Assembly: GCA_030696155.1 (NCBI GenBank)
Contig: JAUYSY010000088.1
Span: 7,014-71,013 of the forward strand
Length of the DNA stretch: 64,000 nt
Origin: Alphaproteobacteria bacterium
GTDB lineage: Bacteria > Pseudomonadota > Alphaproteobacteria > JAUXUR01
Direction of reading: 5' to 3'
Below, piece after piece: positions 29,002 through 38,684 of the stretch; positions within the stretch are counted from its first letter, which is position 1, and the number at the start of each line of letters is the position of its first letter. The notes under the pieces were generated by a model. The model worked only from the letters and a program-made list of their open reading frames with translations. It had not been told where the DNA came from and made no database searches. A program made the position numbers and the translations under genes.

Positions 29002-31029
29002 TTGATGAGTTTATATACCACAATTTTTCTATCTTGTATGTTTTTTTTCGTTTTACCTTTTTTTATGTCTTGTATTTTCGATCAAAAAAACAGATTAAAA
29101 ACAATCATTTCATTTGGTTTGATGCCTCCAATTTTAGGACTTATTGTTTATTATTTATTCTCTCTTTTGCCAGGGAAAGAAACATATTTTTATTTAAATT
29201 CAATATTATTGATATTCATTTTTGCTTTATTAGGTTTTTTCTTAAAAAGAAAAAAAATAACTTTTGAACGTGAAATATATGCAGGAATTCTTTTGTTTGT
29301 AATATTTTTTGTTATGTTGCTAGGGTTACCTCTTTACGAAAATGATGCTCTTGAATATGCCAATATGGCTAATATTTTTTTTAGAGATAAAAGTTTTTCT
29401 ATATATCCTTTTGTAGAAGCAGATCCAATAACTGGATTTTATACACCGATTCGGCATCCTTTAGGATATCCTTCTCTACTTGTATTTCAATTGCTTATAG
29501 GATTTAAGGTAGAATTAGCGGTAAAATTTACTAATGCTTATTATATCGTTCTTTTTGTCTTTTTGATTTCTAAATATGTTGGGCGTTATGGGATATTATA
29601 CATATTATCAGTTCCACTATTTATTTATGTTTTTTCGACATGTCAAATTGATGTTTATCGTATTTTCTTATTCATCTTATCAATTTGTATTTTGTCCGAA
29701 TTTTTTGAACGCAAACAAAGTATTTTTTGGACGTCTTTAACACTTGGATTAACGCTTCTGGCACACTCTATTTCTGTTTTATGTCTAATGTTTATAGGGT
29801 TTGGCTTTGTTTATATGCCTAAAAAAGAATGGTGGAAATTAGCCATTGTTTGTATTGGATCAATTTTGATTGGAGGTGAGGTCTATATTAAAAACTTTCT
29901 TGAATTTGGAAAAATAGTAACAGACACTAATCCAGTATGGGAGCTTGATAATATTAATGAAAAAGCAGATCTTGCTTTTAGAAGGCGTATAGATACGACA
30001 TTTAATTGGATTTTATTTGGTCTTCTTCAGGGGTTTACGAAAATACATTTTTTTGGGATTCATTTTTATTTAGCATTTTATGCAATAATCAAAAATGGGT
30101 TTAAAAAAAGGTCAATTCTTTACACGATGTCTTGCTTTGGCGTCTTTTTGTTTTTTTTGATTATTGTATTTTCTGGAAATCTAGGCGCTAAAAATCCAAG
30201 GTATTTTTTAACGATAATTCCTTTATTATTTTTTATATATCAACCTGTTATAAGCAATTCATTGCGTAATATATATATTGTTTTTACGTTGTTTTCTTTG
30301 TATGGGTTTAAATTTTTTTCCAATTGGTCAACATATTCGATTAATGATCCTATTCATCAACATGTAAGTAAAAAATTCTTTGATCAATTGAATGTATTAA
30401 AATTAGATGGAAAAGTATTGGCTTTTGAGCAAGAGCTTTTTGTGTTTTACGGCAAAAGTAAAATTCTAAAGGATTTAGATCCTGTTATGATAGATTTTTA
30501 TAAAATGAATACAAAAGAAAATGCACTTAAATTTTTAGAAAAAAATGATATAAAGTATATATATTTATCACCATATATGCCGGCAACTTTCTATAATTCA
30601 TATATAGGTGAAATTGCGGGAAATCCTACATATTCTAAATTACTCATAGATGAATCGGGATATAGGCTTTTTAAAATAGATAAAATAAAAATGATAAGTC
30701 CTGTTGTTGAGTTGAAAAATAACCTTATTATTGAAGACGTTAATAATATATTTTTTAAAAATATATATCAAAAAAATCAAATTTATAATTTCAAATATAT
30801 AGATAATTATGATAGTAATTATGACGTATGTATGAATTTAGAATTTGATGGTAATGGATTTGCTGAAATTTATGTAGGAGATGTCAGTTATGGGCGTGTG
30901 GGCGTGCTTAAAAAGAAAAACTTTTATCTTCAGTTTAAGCAAAAAAATGGGCTGGATCATTTAACAATTTCTACTTATAAAAATACTTTAATGAATAAAC
31001 ATAGCATATTATATTGTAAACATGATTAA
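29002..31029 (+). CDS. GT-C fold membrane glycosyltransferase-like protein fused to a C-terminal partner-type domain (third paralog)
   Basis: ENDALEY + RHPLGYPSLLVFQ in the N-terminal membrane part. The C-terminal soluble part carries NPTYSKLLIDESGYRLFKIDK, which matches the DUF partner motifs of 2097..3419 and 19497..20777. Confidence 0.55.
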   Translation: MMSLYTTIFLSCMFFFVLPFFMSCIFDQKNRLKTIISFGLMPPILGLIVYYLFSLLPGKETYFYLNSILLIFIFALLGFFLKRKKITFEREIYAGILLFVIFFVMLLGLPLYENDALEYANMANIFFRDKSFSIYPFVEADPITGFYTPIRHPLGYPSLLVFQLLIGFKVELAVKFTNAYYIVLFVFLISKYVGRYGILYILSVPLFIYVFSTCQIDVYRIFLFILSICILSEFFERKQSIFWTSLTLGLTLLAHSISVLCLMFIGFGFVYMPKKEWWKLAIVCIGSILIGGEVYIKNFLEFGKIVTDTNPVWELDNINEKADLAFRRRIDTTFNWILFGLLQGFTKIHFFGIHFYLAFYAIIKNGFKKRSILYTMSCFGVFLFFLIIVFSGNLGAKNPRYFLTIIPLLFFIYQPVISNSLRNIYIVFTLFSLYGFKFFSNWSTYSINDPIHQHVSKKFFDQLNVLKLDGKVLAFEQELFVFYGKSKILKDLDPVMIDFYKMNTKENALKFLEKNDIKYIYLSPYMPATFYNSYIGEIAGNPTYSKLLIDESGYRLFKIDKIKMISPVVELKNNLIIEDVNNIFFKNIYQKNQIYNFKYIDNYDSNYDVCMNLEFDGNGFAEIYVGDVSYGRVGVLKKKNFYLQFKQKNGLDHLTISTYKNTLMNKHSILYCKHD

Positions 31030-32254
31030 TGAAAATATAAGCATTTTTTCTGAAAATTTATTAAAAATAAAAAATATAAATCTTATATCGATTGGTTTGT
31101 TTTTTAATAAAATATTAACATCGATAAGTTTATTTTTTATAGCTAAATTCTATTCTCCACAAGAATTTGGTGAGTTTGGATATTATATGTCGATCTTGTC
31201 AATATTATTTCCATTTTCAATATTAGGAATGGAAAATTTTATATTTATAAACAAAAATAAGTCAAAAACAATAAATAATTTTATTTATATTCATTCTTTT
31301 TTCTTTTTTTTATTTTTATCTATAATGTTTTTAGTTTTTTTTAGTGAAAAAAATTATCTATTTCTTATTATGCCGTTAAATTTATTTTTAATGACTATAT
31401 TTGATGTGATTTTAAATAATTTTATAAAAGATAAAAAGTTTAGTTTAAATTTATTATATAATTTTTTGTTTTGCATAATTACAATTGCCATTCAAATTTC
31501 TAGTGTTTTGTTTTTTAATAAAAATGTTGCATATTTAATTATTGGTTTTATGGTTGGTTATTTATTACCATTAAGCTTTATTTTTTTTATAAAAGAAAAC
31601 TCGTTTTCATTTAAAAAAAATAATATTCTATTTTTTTATAAAAAATTTTTATTAAAAAATAAAAATTATATTTTTATGTATTTAATTCTAACAACATTAG
31701 ATTGCTTAATTCAGTTTTTTCCATTTTTTTATATTAAAAATACATTCGGATTTGAAGATTTAGGGTCATATTTCTTATGTAACAAAATTTTTTATTTACC
31801 AATAGCAATTATTGGTATGTCTCTTTCTAAATATTTTTTAATTGAAATGAGTAATCCTAAAATTGTTATAAAAAATATTTATTTTTTTATAATAATTTCA
31901 TTATTTCTAGCAATTTTAATTTATGGATCATTGTTTATTTTTAATAAAATAGGTTTGTTTGTTTATTTTTTAGGTCAACAATGGATAGAATTAGAATATT
32001 TGATAAATATCAATATATTAAAATTTATTTTTGAATTTTTTGTTTTTCCATTTATTGGAATATTTATTATTAAAAATCAACAAAAAAAACTAATTTTTAT
32101 AAAAGTATTATTTTTAATAATATTATTCTTAGGGTTTTTGTTTATAAAAGAATTAAGTTTTATTGATGGTATAATATTTTTGAATGTTTTAAATATTATA
32201 TTTTATATAACAATATGTTGCTATTGCTTCAAAATTTTATTCAATAAATCTTAA
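31022..32254 (+). CDS. Polytopic membrane protein, possible second Wzx-like flippase
   Basis: 410 aa with ~12 TM and a size and layout similar to 25381..26607. Low-complexity, AT-driven sequence. Confidence 0.35.
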   Translation: MINENISIFSENLLKIKNINLISIGLFFNKILTSISLFFIAKFYSPQEFGEFGYYMSILSILFPFSILGMENFIFINKNKSKTINNFIYIHSFFFFLFLSIMFLVFFSEKNYLFLIMPLNLFLMTIFDVILNNFIKDKKFSLNLLYNFLFCIITIAIQISSVLFFNKNVAYLIIGFMVGYLLPLSFIFFIKENSFSFKKNNILFFYKKFLLKNKNYIFMYLILTTLDCLIQFFPFFYIKNTFGFEDLGSYFLCNKIFYLPIAIIGMSLSKYFLIEMSNPKIVIKNIYFFIIISLFLAILIYGSLFIFNKIGLFVYFLGQQWIELEYLININILKFIFEFFVFPFIGIFIIKNQQKKLIFIKVLFLIILFLGFLFIKELSFIDGIIFLNVLNIIFYITICCYCFKILFNKS

Positions 32255-32391
32255 GGATTTTAATATTTTTTTCTTTGTTAACTTTTCATATTTTTTATAT
32301 TACGATGAAAGCATGTGTTAAAAAATGAACATTCTTGTAATGTCATACGCACTTATAAAAATATAAGAAAAATTAATGATAGTGGGTTTGT

Positions 32392-33915
32392 ATGATTAAA
32401 ATAGTAACTGTAATTTTTTTTTTCATAATTTTTCAAGCAGTTGCAGTCAAAAATCTAACAATTGAATTCAAAATAAACAGCCAGGATTTAATAGATAATA
32501 AAGTTGAAAATATTTTTGAATTTACAGATGAATTTGGAAAAAAAATAATTTCTATTTTTTATTTATTTTTTTGGCAAACAACAAGAGCTTCAAATTCATT
32601 TGGTATTACCTTTTCTGTTCATCCTGATTTTATGCAAAACGTTTCTGAAAATAATTATTCCTATAACAATCCTTTTGTAGATTCAACTGGCAATGGTCTT
32701 ATGGTGCAGGATAGAGATTTATATACTTATCCTTTAAGTACTAAACAACAGGTTTTTCTATCAAAATATGATTTGGTTAATAATGTTTTTGTTAATTTAA
32801 ATATATCTCCTTTTAGTCCTTATTACACGTATTCTAATGATACAATATTAAGCGGAGATAGAAAAAATATTACATCTAATATATTTCCAACATTGACAGA
32901 AAATACTCCTGGTGTTATTCAATCGTATCTTTTGTACAAAGATTATATTTGTTTGAGTGTTCTAGTTGATGCAGCGCATGATTTAGTTACTGGTACAGGA
33001 TTTTGTGCCATCAAATTGTATAAACTAAATACTGATCGTTGGTTATTTTTATGGGCATCTAGACTTCAAGATGATGATGATTATCCATATTGTATTGCAT
33101 ATCAATCTAATGCTTTTATTTTTTGTACACACCTTGGTTGGATATATAGTGTTTCTGAAAGCGGCGGCATAAAAAATATAAAACTAAATTATGAAAAAAT
33201 TAGCAATCAAGTATATTGTGCTTTAAAAGTCAACGGTGAAATGCTGTATGGACATTATCCATCTGGTCGTATTCATTCAATAACAGATACGCAACAAATA
33301 GATACAATGGAGCCACCTATTCTCAATCCTGTTGGATCAAACGAGAGAGAATTAATGGCCATGTGCCTTTATGCTGGCTCTATTTATGCTGGAATTTGGC
33401 CTTGGGGTGAAGTTTATAGAAAAAATATTAATACATCCGTTTGGAGCCAAGCAATGAGATGTTTTAGTAAACCTGCTTTTAATCAACTTATAGAAGCGCC
33501 TTATGCGGATACTGTTAGAGAAAAGGGATGGACATTAGATTATAATGAATTTGGGCAAAGAGTGTACCAAATGCTTCTTTTTGATGAATATCTTTTTATG
33601 TCTACTTGTGGAAAAGATGGTTATTTTAGAGATTCTTGGAATGAAGCTGAAGGAGATAGTGATATTGATTTAAATGAATATGGAAAAATTCATTCAATTA
33701 GAATTAATGGACAATATACTTTTTATCTTGATCCATTAAACGATTTTACAACAATTAAAATTGAAATATTAAACACTTCAGGAAATATTAATTTTTATAT
33801 TAACAATATTCTTTCAAAAACATTAGAAAATTGTGTTGTTAATATTCCAGATAATTATAATTTTAAATTTTTTAATTACAGTAACCCAACTAATGTTTCT
33901 TTAAGTTCAGATTAA
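32392..33915 (+). CDS. Family-A paralog 3: hypothetical secreted protein
   Basis: Signal-peptide-like N-terminus MIKIVTVIFFFIIFQAVA. Same conserved blocks as the other two paralogs. The C-terminal half is ~80% identical to 9793..11280. Confidence 0.6.
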   Translation: MIKIVTVIFFFIIFQAVAVKNLTIEFKINSQDLIDNKVENIFEFTDEFGKKIISIFYLFFWQTTRASNSFGITFSVHPDFMQNVSENNYSYNNPFVDSTGNGLMVQDRDLYTYPLSTKQQVFLSKYDLVNNVFVNLNISPFSPYYTYSNDTILSGDRKNITSNIFPTLTENTPGVIQSYLLYKDYICLSVLVDAAHDLVTGTGFCAIKLYKLNTDRWLFLWASRLQDDDDYPYCIAYQSNAFIFCTHLGWIYSVSESGGIKNIKLNYEKISNQVYCALKVNGEMLYGHYPSGRIHSITDTQQIDTMEPPILNPVGSNERELMAMCLYAGSIYAGIWPWGEVYRKNINTSVWSQAMRCFSKPAFNQLIEAPYADTVREKGWTLDYNEFGQRVYQMLLFDEYLFMSTCGKDGYFRDSWNEAEGDSDIDLNEYGKIHSIRINGQYTFYLDPLNDFTTIKIEILNTSGNINFYINNILSKTLENCVVNIPDNYNFKFFNYSNPTNVSLSSD

Positions 33916-34107
33916 CAAATTCTATAAGTTATATTTTAGTATCATCAAACGGCCGTTTTTTGATACTAAAATATCGATATTAAAAAACGACTGAATCAAA
34001 GATATATAGAGTGCTTAAAATTATCATTAACTTATATCATAAATCAATATATCATAAACTCATCAATACTAACCATTTATGATATAAAAATAAGGAAGCT
34101 ATTCTTA

Positions 34108-34677
34108 ATGAGCAAATTAATCGGATATGCACGTGTTTCAACATCAGGTCAGGAACTCAATCTTCAGATCGATGCGCTTAAAAAAATTGGATGTGAAAAA
34201 AAGAATATTTTTACGGATGTTGTCTCTGGCTCTAAAACGGATAGGCCTGGATTAAATGAGTGTTTAGAAACTTTACAATCAGGCGACACACTTGTTGTTT
34301 GGCGATTAGACCGTTTAGGGAGGTCAATGTCTCATCTTGTTTCAACTATCGAAAATTTGATTGCCAAAAAAATTGGATTTAAATCTATTTCAGATGGACA
34401 TATAGATACAACGACGGCATCAGGAGAGCTTATATTTAATATATTTTCGTCTCTTGCTCAATTTGAACGACGCCTTATTCAAGAAAGAACAAAATCAGGA
34501 TTAGAGGCAGCACGAGCAAGGGGCAGGGTAGGGGGCAGAAAACCAATAAGCAAATATAACTCAAAAGTATTAGCGGCTCAAAAATTACATCACGATAAAT
34601 CAATGCCAATAGAAAATATTTGCAAGGAGTTGCAGATTTCAAAACCAACTTTATATCGCTATCTTAAATTGAAGTGA
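34108..34677 (+). CDS. Serine recombinase (resolvase/invertase family)
   Basis: GYARVSTSGQ catalytic-Ser motif and C-terminal HTH. 189 aa. Confidence 0.9.
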   Translation: MSKLIGYARVSTSGQELNLQIDALKKIGCEKKNIFTDVVSGSKTDRPGLNECLETLQSGDTLVVWRLDRLGRSMSHLVSTIENLIAKKIGFKSISDGHIDTTTASGELIFNIFSSLAQFERRLIQERTKSGLEAARARGRVGGRKPISKYNSKVLAAQKLHHDKSMPIENICKELQISKPTLYRYLKLK

Positions 34678-34983
34678 AGAATCTTACTTCAAAAAATCTC
34701 CAAAATCGATTATTTTTGTAAAAAAATCACTTTCGGCTACTTCTTCTGACACACCATTTATATGAATAAAAACAGGGCGGCAGGAAAAGTTTTTCAGAAA
34801 AAATTGGATTATTATTCTCCGTAAAATGATAAATGTCAATTTTTGGAGATTTTTTTTAAGCTAATTTTATAGTACAAGCGCAAAACCATGGGGCTTGCCC
34901 CGTGGAGTTTCACTATTATTAAAATATTTTTTGAATATTAGATTTATGATAAGTCAGATCTTCGAAAAAGGGTAGAAGGAATT

Positions 34984-35793
34984 TTATACATTAATAACCT
35001 CTTGAATCTTAGGCTTAGTGTATTCAGCAGCTCCCGCTTTAACGATCAGATTGTTACATGGCTGCCAGTTGGCTTTGCTATGTGTATGACCGCAAAGTGC
35101 TAAAAATTCAATATCAGTATTTGCTTGAGCGATTTGCATCAGCACATCGCCTGTTATTTTTGATGAGAAGAATGGAAGAAAATCATCGTTGCTTATTTTA
35201 CCTTCATGCATACAGGCTTCTTTAAATGGTGGCACATGAATCAAAATAATAACTTTTTTAGGACGATTATTGCTAATGGCATCAGACAATCTCGCTTTCA
35301 AATGCTGGGCATCTTGATCGGCTAATTGCTGCATTTTCTCAAGTAACATGTATTTACCAAAAATGTTGCTTTGAAACAGATCGATGATCATTCGGCTGTC
35401 ATTTAGGGTGACACAACTATTGGTATAATCCCCATATCTGCCATCGGCCCAACAATCTTCACCGAGCAAAATAGTTTGACTCCCTAGATCGTGCACACCA
35501 GACGCTGGAAGCCAATGAAGTAACGGTTCATTTTTGGTTAGATCGCGCATTTCTTGGCGTAATGAATCCACTTGGCCGCGGTAATAATCATGGTTGCCGA
35601 GCACAAAATATATTGGTTTTTGAATTTCTTTGACCATTTCCTTTAGAATTTCTGAAACTGATGGCGCTTCAGCAATATCGCCGCTAATCAAAATCATATC
35701 ACCGGATATCGCTATTACTTTTTTGTAAAACTCCATTCTGCGCTCTGGCCCTAGAAAGTTAAGATGAATGTCTGTTAGCCAAATCAATTTCAT
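34984..35793 (-). CDS. Calcineurin-like metallophosphoesterase
   Basis: LTDIHLN, ISGDIAE and VLGNHDYY motifs. 4-nt overlap with upstream AbiEii-like gene. Confidence 0.8.
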   Translation of the reverse strand: MKLIWLTDIHLNFLGPERRMEFYKKVIAISGDMILISGDIAEAPSVSEILKEMVKEIQKPIYFVLGNHDYYRGQVDSLRQEMRDLTKNEPLLHWLPASGVHDLGSQTILLGEDCWADGRYGDYTNSCVTLNDSRMIIDLFQSNIFGKYMLLEKMQQLADQDAQHLKARLSDAISNNRPKKVIILIHVPPFKEACMHEGKISNDDFLPFFSSKITGDVLMQIAQANTDIEFLALCGHTHSKANWQPCNNLIVKAGAAEYTKPKIQEVINV

Positions 35794-36575
35794 GGGAGCC
35801 TGCTAATAATCTTATCTATAACGAGTTGATAAGCTTCTTCGAAGTTCCAGTGCAATTTGGAAGGCAATAAAATGCTCATATCCATATGGAAATCACGATG
35901 ATTTTTCTTCTGATCGAGATTTTTTATGAATTCTTCCCGTGAGATCTTCACATCGTTATAAATGCAATATTTAGAAAAAATTTCAAAAACTCTATCCAAG
36001 TTAATCAATTCTTGCTTTGTAACGTACCATAAATCAAATAAATCTCGCCCTTTTCGACGTTGGTATAAGGCGCGCAGTTTAGTTGCTATAAGCTCATCAA
36101 TTTCATAGGTGACAATATCCGCAGAGCCATTAAACCATTCAGATTGCACATCTAATTTCTCTAAGCGAAAAGGTAATACCTGAAAATGCTCAGTGGTGTT
36201 TATTTCAATTTTTAGTTTTGCTGGTAGTGTATTAATAGCCTCGTATTTATAAATTAATTTGGCACTGCGTTCGGTAATTTTCCATTTTGGATCACCAAGC
36301 CATGGTTTTAGAAGCGCTCTGATTGCATCAATTGTTTTTCCGATAGGTTCAGATCTTTTTTGTACGAAATCAATGTCTTCACTATATCTTGCTGGTGGCT
36401 TTAGAAATAGTTTATTGAGTGCGGTACCGCCACGAAAAACAAGTGCATCTTTTATGTATGGCTCGTTATACAAATCAACCAGAGCCCGGCTAATAATTAA
36501 ATCTTGTTCTATTTGTTCAAGTGTCTGCCATTTGACAGTTTGACGCCAATGTTCAATGAAAATTTCTGGAATCAT
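35790..36575 (-). CDS. AbiEii/AbiGii-family nucleotidyltransferase toxin (type IV TA)
   Basis: FRGGTALNKLF...RYSEDIDFV signature of the DUF1814/AbiEii family. 4-nt overlap with the upstream antitoxin-like gene. Confidence 0.7.
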   Translation of the reverse strand: MIPEIFIEHWRQTVKWQTLEQIEQDLIISRALVDLYNEPYIKDALVFRGGTALNKLFLKPPARYSEDIDFVQKRSEPIGKTIDAIRALLKPWLGDPKWKITERSAKLIYKYEAINTLPAKLKIEINTTEHFQVLPFRLEKLDVQSEWFNGSADIVTYEIDELIATKLRALYQRRKGRDLFDLWYVTKQELINLDRVFEIFSKYCIYNDVKISREEFIKNLDQKKNHRDFHMDMSILLPSKLHWNFEEAYQLVIDKIISRLP

Positions 36576-37378
36576 AAATCGCTCTCTATTTCTGTATTAT
36601 TAATAATTCTCCACTTTTTACATCTGGGATAGCCGGTTTTAGGTATTTCAGAAGCAAGTGGGAGATATTTTAGTTTGTGCTCTGCGACATACGAAGCAAG
36701 AGCATTAATAATTATTTCAGCATGGTTATCATCTATAATTTCAATATTGTCTAGGATATAACCAATGCGTTGCAATTGATGTTCAGCTTTGATATCCTTC
36801 GCAAGTTTTATAAGCTTGGTAGCATCTAAGTTTTCAACCAGCTCTGATAAAACCGTTGCTATATGGTTTAAGCCACCTGCATGGTTCGGGTAATTCAGTA
36901 AATCAAGCGCTATCAATTCAGGGGTTGCTATTTTAAGGTAACCGGTACTAACAGTAAAATTTTGGATCGGTAAAGCTGATATGGATTTTTTATAAATAAA
37001 CTCTATCTCTATATCACCAAAAGTTAATGAATGTTTAATTCTTTTGTCTGATATAACCTGGAATCTAGCAGGTTTTTGGTGCGTAGCTCCATGGAACAAC
37101 CCTGCGGTTAGCAACGCAACATAATAATTAGCACCTAAATATTGCATCATCAAAGGAACTAATTCTTTTGCTGGTATAGAACCATGCGGTTGATGTTCAG
37201 GTGGAATGATGACATACAAACCTCTGGCAGGTGAAATCACATCCCTAGTTTTAAGTAACCGATGTAAGGAAACCCTCGCATGGTTGTGTGAAACGTGAAA
37301 TTGCGCAACGATATCCTCGATGGTAAAGCAGCGTTTTCCATCTTTTCGGATATCTTTTATGTATGATTGTAAATTCAT
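36572..37378 (-). CDS. AbiEi-family antitoxin / transcriptional regulator
   Basis: 268 aa with N-terminal wHTH-like region. Operon position upstream of the AbiEii-like toxin. GC-richer than flanks. Confidence 0.5.
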   Translation of the reverse strand: MNLQSYIKDIRKDGKRCFTIEDIVAQFHVSHNHARVSLHRLLKTRDVISPARGLYVIIPPEHQPHGSIPAKELVPLMMQYLGANYYVALLTAGLFHGATHQKPARFQVISDKRIKHSLTFGDIEIEFIYKKSISALPIQNFTVSTGYLKIATPELIALDLLNYPNHAGGLNHIATVLSELVENLDATKLIKLAKDIKAEHQLQRIGYILDNIEIIDDNHAEIIINALASYVAEHKLKYLPLASEIPKTGYPRCKKWRIINNTEIESDL

Positions 37379-38684
37379 AGCTTTTCATGTCCTTAAAGTT
37401 ACTAATAACGTAACTATAGAGACACGATAAGCTTGTTTTTTGTGTAAGTCAAGCGCAACGCATTATTATGAGCTCTTCATGTCCATAAAGTTACTGATAG
37501 TGTTATTATTAGGACATACGAAGATGTTAATTTGATTATTTTGCGAAATGTCAAAAGGTTCTATTTATATAAAAGAAAGGCCACCTTTCTAAGGCCTTTC
37601 TTTTAAAAAAGATCTAAATAAGATTACGATATCTTTCTTTGAATCCTTGAAAAACTTCTCTGATAGTTGCAATAATTTTACCTTCATTAAGCTCATTATT
37701 TTCCCAGAGATTGAGATCAATATTCGTTGGCTTCAACATGTCTTGAAGATCAATAAGAAAATTATAATTTACATAATAAAAAAGATCATAAAAAGGGAAA
37801 TCAAACAATGCATCATTCTCTACGTTTTTTGTATATTTAATATAACGATCACAAGGAATTTTCGGACCTTTTGAATTCTCAGCTTTGATAAAATCATAGA
37901 TCGTTAATAAATTTTCAGGATGTATATGCGTTTGGATGTCAGTTTCGTTGTTGTAAATATCTTCAGTTTTTTCGCCCTTATCATTGAGTTATTAATTGTT
38001 TTAAAGAACACCCAGAAATAAGATTGAATACGCAACGAATAGCAAATGAAACTGGACTTCCTTTAAGGACGGTTGCATATGCACTTTCAGGTCTGTTTAA
38101 AAATAATCTTATACAAAAATCTGGACAAGGCTCTGCAACAAAATATCAAATAACTTTTTAATATTTAGGCGAATAAATAGGTTCTATTTTATCTGTATAT
38201 TTTTTATGCCATAAAAGTGATATTTTTTGCTATTTATAGGACATGGAGATTTTATTTAAGCTCCTTATAGAAAGCATTATAAATGATAACGACTATTATA
38301 AAAGGCGTTAAAATTAATCTGTAATAACGTATTGATATGTTGTTTCTATGGGTTTTATATAAAATTTTTTAGATTTGGTTTTTCGTAAATATTGATTTCA
38401 ATGGTTCTGTCGTATTTGTGTGATTTGTGTAAGACAATCGAATTTACCTCTAAGGCATTCTTTTGATATTATTTTTTGTATGTTTTAAACATATTTATCC
38501 CCAGAAAATGGGGATAACATTTTTTTATTTTTTAAGAAGTTGTTATTAATTTTTTTCCTTTATCTCTCCAAATATTTAATTGTTGTTCATGATCTCGCAT
38601 TTCAGAATGAAGTTCATATACAGCTCCTAACAGGATCGATATACAATTGTAAACGCCAATATTTCAAGTGGTGATAAAGAAGAT

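Noticed and set aside
37614-38160. Open frame ending at 37614 (minus) and a plus-strand wHTH-like tail (...TGLPLRTVAYALSGLFKNNLIQKSGQGSATKYQI, ~38000..38160) between the AbiE operon and the toxin gene
   Set aside because: Both look like 3' remnants of decayed genes (the second resembles the C-terminal wHTH of Fic or HTH-domain proteins). They lack starts and are too short to call. Probably debris at an insertion junction.
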